From Acinetobacter phage Phab24: DNA of 64,000 nucleotides. The position numbers and the translations under genes are program-made. Numbering within the stretch: position 1 is the stretch's first letter; each line of letters opens with the position of its first letter. A model generated the notes under the pieces. The model searched no databases and was not told the origin of the DNA. It was given only the letters and a program-made list of their open reading frames with translations. Location of the stretch: the sequence record MZ477002.1. One strand, 5' to 3'. Below are positions 57,201 through 64,000 of this stretch, piece by piece.

Positions 57201-58270
57201 AACATCTTCATGCGTTCTTCAAAATTAAATTCATAGCAAGTGTTGTTTTTTAGTGTATGGCGATATTGAATCCAACCACGAAAGTTAGCACTACACAGCT
57301 CACCGTAACGATTACGATGAGTGACACCATCTTGCCAATTATCTGAATCTGAATATGAAATCTCCGAACCATCTAAGGGTATGTCAAACTCAAAATCTTT
57401 ATCACAGATAGGCGTAGCAACGTGTTCAGCAGGGCTTGAGTGTAACACATCAGCCTCTAGTAACCGCTTATAAATATCTTGTGATTTCTCCAAAGTCATC
57501 TCTTCAGTACGGTATGATACCGAAGCACAACGAGCAATAGAATACTTAATAGCTTGATCCAATGTCAAAGTGTTTTCAAACTTATAACCATCTGTTTCTG
57601 TCCCCGTAGTATCAACATTCCAAATATAATAATACGTGTTCTTAGGGTTGTATTGATCTTGAGAAATTTCTAAATAAGGTAAGTGGAACTCTCCACAACG
57701 TAACGTGTTAGGTACAGAGGCTTCAATAGCTTTATAAATCTTATAAGCCAGCATCAGAATTTCGGGTTGAGCATCTGGATGAATCCGTAGGTTAAAGAAA
57801 TTGTCCCAATCGGTAGCAGTTAAAACTTGCTTAACCATCTGAAACGGTTCTAACAATCGTCCGCTAATCTGCTTATGTAATTCACACTCATTATCTAGTC
57901 GTTCAACAATATGAATCATTTCATCTTTTGCTTCATTCCATAAATATAGAGCATGCAGTTTACTTTCACTATTAATTTCAACTTCAGCCGACATTCCACT
58001 CTGTTTCTTACCTAAATACAAAGGCTCGAACCCATTATCTCTAATTTGCTGAATGGCTTTTTTCAAAGTTATTGCTCGTGTACTCGAACAGTTTTTACTA
58101 ATAGCATTATGTGTGTTAATTTCAGCAAGGACAATTCGTGGAGCTTCAACTTCTAGTGTTGTAATACGAATACCTTGCTCATTAATACTATCACAAATAA
58201 CTTTAGCTGTAATATTTGTTGATCTGTTAAAAAATTCTTTAGTTAGCGACATTACCATACTCCTTTTCAA
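57194..58270 (-). CDS. thyX: FAD-dependent thymidylate synthase (ThyX-like, divergent)
   Basis: LRIHPDAQPEI matches the ThyX R..H.hAQ.EI region and HSSPAEH matches the H.S..EH region. Sits in the nucleotide-metabolism block with RNR. Confidence 0.55.
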   Translation of the reverse strand: MKRSMVMSLTKEFFNRSTNITAKVICDSINEQGIRITTLEVEAPRIVLAEINTHNAISKNCSSTRAITLKKAIQQIRDNGFEPLYLGKKQSGMSAEVEINSESKLHALYLWNEAKDEMIHIVERLDNECELHKQISGRLLEPFQMVKQVLTATDWDNFFNLRIHPDAQPEILMLAYKIYKAIEASVPNTLRCGEFHLPYLEISQDQYNPKNTYYYIWNVDTTGTETDGYKFENTLTLDQAIKYSIARCASVSYRTEEMTLEKSQDIYKRLLEADVLHSSPAEHVATPICDKDFEFDIPLDGSEISYSDSDNWQDGVTHRNRYGELCSANFRGWIQYRHTLKNNTCYEFNFEERMKMFC

Positions 58271-58562
58271 ATTTTACATATTTAGTATTATTACTAGCAA
58301 CTAATGGTAGTGTTTCAATTTCATCATTATAAAGATACATTTCCTCTACCTGATTATTTTTCTTATTAAGACGTAAAATCGTATAACAACAAATACAATC
58401 ATTAATGTAATAAACACCATCTCTGTTCGTTATTCTAGTTGAGTCAGAAACAAACCATTTCTTTCCTTTATACAGAACAATATCACCAACTTTACGGATG
58501 AACTTTTCTGATTCTTTGTATTGAAAATCACGATCATCATTATAATATTTACTTGTAGTCAT
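58239..58562 (-). CDS. Hypothetical protein
   Basis: 107-aa ORF. Confidence 0.45.
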   Translation of the reverse strand: MTTSKYYNDDRDFQYKESEKFIRKVGDIVLYKGKKWFVSDSTRITNRDGVYYINDCICCYTILRLNKKNNQVEEMYLYNDEIETLPLVASNNTKYVKFEKEYGNVAN

Positions 58563-58750
58563 TATTCATCATCCTCTTCAAATGTTAAATCATAGACAAC
58601 CTTACTATCCATCTTGTACCAATAGTCACCAAAGTCACTAGGTTTAACATTCACACCTAATTTCTCATTTAAGTAATCACAGAATAAATGTTGTGCTTCT
58701 GAATAGATTTTCTCATATTCATCAAAATCTATATAAATTTTATCTCTCAT
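58562..58750 (-). CDS. Hypothetical small protein
   Basis: 62-aa ORF. Confidence 0.4.
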   Translation of the reverse strand: MRDKIYIDFDEYEKIYSEAQHLFCDYLNEKLGVNVKPSDFGDYWYKMDSKVVYDLTFEEDDE

Positions 58751-59066
58751 TAAAACCTCCTAGATTTTCAAATATTTCCGGAAAATCTTTTTTAAGCTTC
58801 AAAACACTTTCAGAAATAAAGATATAAGTTTCCTCTTCACCGTGCTTGTATTCACTTTTATTTTCAGTAAAAGCTAAAGGTATTAATGGTGAATATACGC
58901 GTATATAATGATAACCAAATCTCTCATAAACACCGAGTTTAAGAATACATTTATATTCCTTGTCCTGAAGAATCCAATACTCTTTAATATCAACATCATC
59001 TAAAATATTATAAGATAATGGATCGACTTTATCGCTCACTAATATACTCATTACTCTATCTCCCAA
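58740..59066 (-). CDS. Hypothetical protein
   Basis: 108-aa ORF. Confidence 0.45.
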   Translation of the reverse strand: MGDRVMSILVSDKVDPLSYNILDDVDIKEYWILQDKEYKCILKLGVYERFGYHYIRVYSPLIPLAFTENKSEYKHGEEETYIFISESVLKLKKDFPEIFENLGGFNER

Positions 59067-59290
59067 TATTCATGTTTAGATTCGTCAAACTTAAAACTGT
59101 GATACTCAAATAAATTATACAATTCTTGATCATAATTACTACAGTTTATATTCTCGAAATCCTCTAATATAATACACCAACCTTCCCAACGATCTCTGAA
59201 ATCACCACCATCAATAACCTTAATTAAATCAACCATTATCTTTATCCTTAAAGTAATGAACTTCAATGGTGAAAATGTTGATACGTTCAT
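59051..59290 (-). CDS. Hypothetical protein
   Basis: 79-aa ORF. Confidence 0.4.
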   Translation of the reverse strand: MNVSTFSPLKFITLRIKIMVDLIKVIDGGDFRDRWEGWCIILEDFENINCSNYDQELYNLFEYHSFKFDESKHEYWEIE

Positions 59291-59411
59291 CGAAAGAAAC
59301 TAATGACTGATGTTTCTCAATAGCTTCTTCAACATTATCAAAGACTCCATGATCATCCAACCATTCACCAGAATCATTATACTGGTTTATAATATATCTA
59401 ATCTTCATCAT
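59229..59411 (-). CDS. Hypothetical small protein
   Basis: 60-aa ORF. Confidence 0.35.
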   Translation of the reverse strand: MMKIRYIINQYNDSGEWLDDHGVFDNVEEAIEKHQSLVSFDERINIFTIEVHYFKDKDNG

Positions 59412-59587
59412 ACCTCCCCTTTATATTCTGCACGAACACCATAAAACAATTCATCACCTTCCCATACAACATCACGATCCCATTCACCAGTATCTAAAGC
59501 AATTTCTTTTGCTTCATCTGCTGTATCAGCAGCAATATATTGATACTCAACCACTAAACGTTCAACAAGGTATAACTTCTTAGTCAT
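59408..59587 (-). CDS. Small acidic protein (about 59 aa, hand-translated)
   Basis: MTKKLYLVERLVVEYQYIAADTADEAKEIALDTGEWDRDVVWEGDELFYGVRAEYKGEV. Stop overlaps the next start. Confidence 0.35.
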   Translation of the reverse strand: MTKKLYLVERLVVEYQYIAADTADEAKEIALDTGEWDRDVVWEGDELFYGVRAEYKGEV

Positions 59588-59861
59588 TTAACTTCTCCAA
59601 AATATTTTTAACTAAACAAGCTACAACAGCGTGTTCTCCGAAATCATTTACATAAGAATCAAAACGCTCTTGCTCTTCTTTTGTAAACAAAAGATTAACA
59701 TGCTCTTCATTTTGTGTAAAGAATTGATCTAAATAACTATAGACTTCAGACATACAGTTTAGTTCTGTCTCAGACATATCTTTAATGCATTGGACTATAA
59801 CTTCTTCAGGAATATCCACACCTGAATCTGAATTAATATTATTAATGTTAAATGTACTCAT
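59580..59861 (-). CDS. Hypothetical acidic protein
   Basis: 93-aa ORF. Confidence 0.45.
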   Translation of the reverse strand: MSTFNINNINSDSGVDIPEEVIVQCIKDMSETELNCMSEVYSYLDQFFTQNEEHVNLLFTKEEQERFDSYVNDFGEHAVVACLVKNILEKLND

Positions 59862-60073
59862 TACCGAATCTCAACACTATAACCCAAATAATTCAACGCT
59901 TCTACAAGTAAGTCCTCAACGTAAAAGTCATTGTTTCCGTAACAACTACCAACAGGAATATGCTCAAAAACAACCTCACCATCAACGGTTACTCGACCAC
60001 CTTGTTCTGAACCACCACCACATTGTTCACAATCGGAATAATTAGTCATTTGTTCAATTACAATTTTCTTCAT
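59861..60073 (-). CDS. Small Cys-containing protein
   Basis: 70 aa with CEQCGG...C. Confidence 0.4.
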   Translation of the reverse strand: MKKIVIEQMTNYSDCEQCGGGSEQGGRVTVDGEVVFEHIPVGSCYGNNDFYVEDLLVEALNYLGYSVEIR

Positions 60074-60393
60074 TATTTAATCTCTCCACGAATGTAATTC
60101 AATTTACCAAGAGTCGCTACACAACGATCAATTGTAGAGCTTACACGATCATTTAAAGCTTGTAAATCCTCAAACCCTACCAACCCTACCTCTAAAGAGT
60201 AAATACGCTGTAACACTACATTAAGGCTTGAATAATAACCTACAACATATCGTGCAACTTCTCCAACACTCTTACCTTTCTGAGCAATAGTTAGCTTATA
60301 CAAAATAATGTTAAAATCATCACCATCAATTGCATAACCAACTTCTACATTCCCATCATCCAACTGAATCGGATGTTTCAGAACTAACATCAC
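60073..60393 (-). CDS. Hypothetical protein
   Basis: 106-aa ORF. Confidence 0.45.
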   Translation of the reverse strand: MMLVLKHPIQLDDGNVEVGYAIDGDDFNIILYKLTIAQKGKSVGEVARYVVGYYSSLNVVLQRIYSLEVGLVGFEDLQALNDRVSSTIDRCVATLGKLNYIRGEIK

Positions 60394-60838
60394 CTTCCTC
60401 CTTAATTTCCTCTAAAATCATTTTCAGATTCCATCTAGCATCAAAATAGTTATTTAATTGATCTTTTAATCTATCAAGATCGTCGGATTGAGCAATTTGA
60501 CTACCATCTCCATACTCATCAACAATACTCGCTACATAAAAATATGACTTATTTGTTTCATATTCTTTTATTTGCTTTGGGGTTTTATGTAGATGTTCAT
60601 AATTTGGAAAAATTGCAAACATTTCAGAATTAGATAATACAACCTTTTTCTCCAACGCTCTCATTCGAGTTCTATCTTTCAGTGATTTTTCAATATAATC
60701 TTGCAAAACCACTTCTGACGTAAAAACAGTACCATCGAATGCTTTATAAGTTACATCACCAATATGACGAACAATCTCAACATTATCCCACGGTACGAAT
60801 TCAAATCTATTCAACTTAAATACTTTCACATCCGACAT
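60356..60838 (-). CDS. Hypothetical protein
   Basis: 160-aa ORF. Confidence 0.5.
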   Translation of the reverse strand: MSDVKVFKLNRFEFVPWDNVEIVRHIGDVTYKAFDGTVFTSEVVLQDYIEKSLKDRTRMRALEKKVVLSNSEMFAIFPNYEHLHKTPKQIKEYETNKSYFYVASIVDEYGDGSQIAQSDDLDRLKDQLNNYFDARWNLKMILEEIKEEGDVSSETSDSVG

Positions 60839-60839
60839 G

Positions 60840-61076
60840 TTAGTTATCCTTAGTTTTTAAAAATTCACTCTCGATCTTTATAATACCTGATTCAAATAAA
60901 TACTCAACATCGAATTGATCTAAAACGTATTCTTCAAATAAATTATAATCTTGACTAAGATCGGACCACTTATCTCTACACTGTTCAACGAGTGTGTCAA
61001 TATAAGAGTTTAATCTATCTTTATCAACATTTGTATATAGTGATAACTTTAATTCACTCAAGCTCGTATCATTCAT
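60840..61076 (-). CDS. Hypothetical acidic protein
   Basis: 78-aa ORF. Confidence 0.45.
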   Translation of the reverse strand: MNDTSLSELKLSLYTNVDKDRLNSYIDTLVEQCRDKWSDLSQDYNLFEEYVLDQFDVEYLFESGIIKIESEFLKTKDN

Positions 61077-61238
61077 CTAGACATTCCTCATCTATTGTAA
61101 AAGGAATGTTATTAGCAAGGACAGAAATAACCAACTTACACTCTTCTTTGCTTAAATTAGCAAAACCTTCAACCCAATCTCCATCATTGAGAATTTTATC
61201 AACCTCATCTACAATTTCTAACCACCGTTGCCTATCCA

Positions 61239-61436
61239 TTAACAAAACTCCTTATTTAAGCTACAATACAAGCTGTCCTGAATACTTTCACTCTCACCTG
61301 ATACAAACATACCATCAACATCGTAATCTCGCTGTAATCGCTTATTTCGAGCTTCTACAGCACCTTTCTTAATACGTTTCTTAGCTTGCTCATATTCATA
61401 GTCAGATTTAAAATTACTTACGTCCAAACGTTTCAT
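61239..61436 (-). CDS. Hypothetical small basic protein
   Basis: 65-aa ORF with an AGGAAATATACAA RBS. Confidence 0.45.
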   Translation of the reverse strand: MKRLDVSNFKSDYEYEQAKKRIKKGAVEARNKRLQRDYDVDGMFVSGESESIQDSLYCSLNKEFC

Positions 61437-61567
61437 TTGTATATTTCCTATTTGTATTTACCTTTAATTAAATCAAGCATAATGACTCCAAATGTCATGT
61501 ATTTAACTTTTTATATTATTACCGACAATAAAAAAGATGTCAAGCCTTTTGACCTGACATCTCGAAA

Positions 61568-61801
61568 TTATTTTAAAATATTTTTTAACTCTTGAAGACC
61601 ACCTAAATAGTTTCCATCAGAGGTAATCATAGGAAAGGACTTATGCTTACCACCACTAACTTCCAAGAACTCTTTTAGTTGATAATCAGAACCTAGTGTC
61701 AGGTATTTGTAAGAAACTCCTTTCATCTCACACAACTGTTTAGCTTCAGAACACCCAGAACATCCAGACTTACCATAAATTTCAATCATCATATACCCCA
61801 C
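61568..61801 (-). CDS. Glutaredoxin/NrdH-like redoxin
   Basis: IEIYGKSGCSGCSEAK gives a CxxC active site near the N-terminus. 77 aa, immediately downstream of nrdA. Confidence 0.7.
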   Translation of the reverse strand: MGYMMIEIYGKSGCSGCSEAKQLCEMKGVSYKYLTLGSDYQLKEFLEVSGGKHKSFPMITSDGNYLGGLQELKNILK

Positions 61802-63546
61802 TAACCACTACAACTATCACACTCAAAATTAGTTTTAATGCTAGCATCCCTCATTCCTGTGTGATAATACAGACTAACAATGTGTTCCTTTAAATACGCA
61901 TAAAGATACACTTTACTAATCTCCTTACCAGACATGTTTGCAATAAATAAATTGCAACTTTGTGCTTGGGAAATATTAGGTTGTCGCTGATCAACCATAT
62001 CAATATGAACATATGGGCTGATTTCAAACGCTGTTCTAAATACCGCTTTCTCTTCTTCAGTGAATTCAGGTCTGTGTTGAATACTTCCTTTATGGTTGTT
62101 TATATCACCAAGTAACTTAGCTGTATCAACATCATCATCTCCTTTGTATAGACCTTTATCTTTCAATAATTGCAAGAAAGAAGGGTCGATACGAACAACC
62201 TCACCAGAAGGTGTTGATTGCGTGAATACATAGGCTGGTTGAGGGTTAATACCTTCAGAAACACCTCCCATAATAAGTGCAGTACTCTTAGTAGGAGCAA
62301 TTGCTGTAATATGTGTATTTCTCATACCAGTTCCAACACACCACTCTGGCTCTCCATAAATGGACGCTAACCACTTAGATGCACTCTCACCTTCTTGTCG
62401 GATTTTTTCGAAGATTTCCTCATTCAGAACTTGAGAATCAAAACCACCATAAACCAGTTTTTCATCAAGTAAAAGAGAATGGAAACCCATGACTCCATAA
62501 CCTAACGCACGACTCTTCTCTGTGAATCTTACTGCTTTTTCTAAACCTTGAATCTCCTTACCTCTACGAATGAAATCTTCAGCTACACAATCCAACATCA
62601 CCGTTCCAACAAAGGCTAAGTTGTCTGGTCTTTGACGATATTTCTTCAAGTTTTCTGAAGATAGTACACAAGTATAAGTATGGTCTTGATCAGAAAACAG
62701 AGTGATTTCTGTACAAAGTTGAGATGCTTTTATATCTAAGTTATTAAGGTGATATGCTAAAGGTTTTTGACGGTTAGCTTTATCTACAAAGAATTGATAA
62801 CCTAAGCCTACAGATGTTTTTGTGGACAACATCTTACCCCAGCGTTTAATAGCTTTCTTGTCTCCGATCAACAACTTATCACGAAAAGAGTCAGTTAAAC
62901 ACCAACCACCATTGTTACCGTCTGTTTCATACTCAAGGTAATGAACTAACTCGTCAAAATCTTCCCCTTCAATAGGGTAATACCAAGCACTCGCACCGCG
63001 TCTACTACTCCCTTGACTAATCTTTTTTGAATCATCAACAAACATTTCAGCAACAGGTTGTGCGCCTGAAGCCTCACCACCTTTCATCTTACTACCACGA
63101 GGACGGATATCTCCAAGATATACAGAAGTCCCAAAACCCTCTTTACTCAACAAAGCGTTCTGTTTTCGTGTCTCATAAAAATCATAAACACTGTCACCAA
63201 CATAACTACCACTACAGCTAACAGACTGTCCAAAGTTTGTCCCTGTGTTTGTTAGAACAGGAGTAGAAGGTGAGATAAACCCGTCAAACATAACAGAGAA
63301 GAAAGCCTCTTCCCAAGTCTTTCCTTTAAAATATTCATTGTCATCCCACCAATCAGGGTAAACATCCTTCATATACGAAGCTAATGTTTTCGCTATCCGT
63401 TTATGTTGGTCTTTTAAACTCTTACTTTCACCATTCATATATTTGGTTGAAAATAATTGCCAACCTTGTGTTGTCATCCAATCAGGAAGCACTCCACTCT
63501 TCTGCAAATCCTTTCTTTCTTTACTAAAATCTCGAACCTTAGACAC
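61801..63546 (-). CDS. nrdA: Ribonucleotide reductase class I alpha subunit (short form without ATP cone)
   Basis: 581 aa with NrdA-like motifs including QLCTEI (active-site Cys-x-Glu), PSTPVLTNTGT and a C-terminal Cys pair (CDSCSG). Confidence 0.75.
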   Translation of the reverse strand: MSKVRDFSKERKDLQKSGVLPDWMTTQGWQLFSTKYMNGESKSLKDQHKRIAKTLASYMKDVYPDWWDDNEYFKGKTWEEAFFSVMFDGFISPSTPVLTNTGTNFGQSVSCSGSYVGDSVYDFYETRKQNALLSKEGFGTSVYLGDIRPRGSKMKGGEASGAQPVAEMFVDDSKKISQGSSRRGASAWYYPIEGEDFDELVHYLEYETDGNNGGWCLTDSFRDKLLIGDKKAIKRWGKMLSTKTSVGLGYQFFVDKANRQKPLAYHLNNLDIKASQLCTEITLFSDQDHTYTCVLSSENLKKYRQRPDNLAFVGTVMLDCVAEDFIRRGKEIQGLEKAVRFTEKSRALGYGVMGFHSLLLDEKLVYGGFDSQVLNEEIFEKIRQEGESASKWLASIYGEPEWCVGTGMRNTHITAIAPTKSTALIMGGVSEGINPQPAYVFTQSTPSGEVVRIDPSFLQLLKDKGLYKGDDDVDTAKLLGDINNHKGSIQHRPEFTEEEKAVFRTAFEISPYVHIDMVDQRQPNISQAQSCNLFIANMSGKEISKVYLYAYLKEHIVSLYYHTGMRDASIKTNFECDSCSG

Positions 63547-64000
63547 TTAAATCATACCCTGCCTTATACAAAACATCATTATAACTACCATCAGAAAATA
63601 TGTCAAAATCTTTCTCTGAGAATTCCTTTTTATAGTTTCTACCTCGACTGTAGAAGTTATCGTTAAACTTAAACGAGTTCATAGAAGAATAAAACCAACT
63701 ACTGATAGTATCGCCAGTCTCATCAAAAACACTAGGATAACCTAAAGCATTCAAAACAACATTACAACGATGAGCAGCAAAAGCTTCTAGTTCTTCAGCA
63801 GACGCAAAAGGAATATCACCCTTTGAGAGCATAGCTTTGATAATCATCTTCTCATGTTCTAGAACATACTCAGCTTGAGTATAAATCTTGTCTCGAAGCT
63901 CTTGTAACTCAGCAGAACTTCTCTTCTCTTGTGATAATTGGAGTTTAAAAATCTCAGAAGCCATCTCCATGTGATGCGCCTCATCCAAACAACTCATATC
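63539..64000 (-). CDS. nrdB: Ribonucleotide reductase beta subunit, C-terminal part (5' end outside window)
   Basis: The frame continues past 64000. LDEAHHME is a di-iron ligand region-like motif. Stop overlaps the nrdA start. Confidence 0.6.
   Translation of the reverse strand, partial: DMSCLDEAHHMEMASEIFKLQLSQEKRSSAELQELRDKIYTQAEYVLEHEKMIIKAMLSKGDIPFASAEELEAFAAHRCNVVLNALGYPSVFDETGDTISSWFYSSMNSFKFNDNFYSRGRNYKKEFSEKDFDIFSDGSYNDVLYKAGYDLSV

Noticed and set aside
1-64000. Lysogeny module (integrase, repressor, attP)
   Set aside because: No tyrosine or serine recombinase motif and no CI-like repressor recognised. The gene content (RNR, ThyX, many homing endonucleases) fits a virulent phage. 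This cannot be excluded for the unsequenced remainder.

Overview
This window reads as a contiguous fragment of a tailed dsDNA phage genome. It is AT-rich (about 35-37% GC by eye) and the host is probably Gram-negative, because an embedded Rz/Rz1-type spanin pair is present.

Layout:
- 1..19025 (minus strand): late/structural operon in classic order. SleB-like cell-wall hydrolase, putative small terminase, large terminase, portal, ClpP/S49-fold prohead protease fused to a scaffold-like tail, head decoration protein, major capsid protein, neck proteins, a collagen-like fibre, tail proteins, chaperones, a 680-aa tape measure, and distal tail proteins running off the left edge.
- 19026..19678: 650-bp non-coding region with tRNA-like motifs.
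- 20680..35000 (plus strand): early block driven by a strong sigma70-like promoter. It encodes PhoH, a second ClpP-like protein, the spanins, a cupin, an AsnA/class-II aaRS-like half-size protein, a DprA-like Rossmann protein, a GC-richer translationally coupled five-gene island, a lipoprotein, an HNH endonuclease and many small ORFs.
- 35600..39207 (minus strand): island of small genes with conserved terminator modules, flanked by long non-coding regions.
- 39208..40120: 900-bp non-coding region with palindromes and repeats, a candidate origin or regulatory hub.
- 40121..54044 (plus strand): second block with a large DEAH-motif ATPase-like protein, a GIY-YIG endonuclease, small Cys-rich proteins, two tandem membrane paralogs followed by a PspA/IM30-like protein, an HNH-AP2-type endonuclease paralog and an HNH-like protein.
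- 54097..64000 (minus strand): convergent nucleotide-metabolism block with ThyX, a split HNH/AP2 endonuclease, a glutaredoxin, class I RNR alpha and the C-terminal part of RNR beta, plus many small ORFs.

No CRISPR array, integrase or rRNA is seen. All functional calls rest on motif-level recognition by eye, without database searches.
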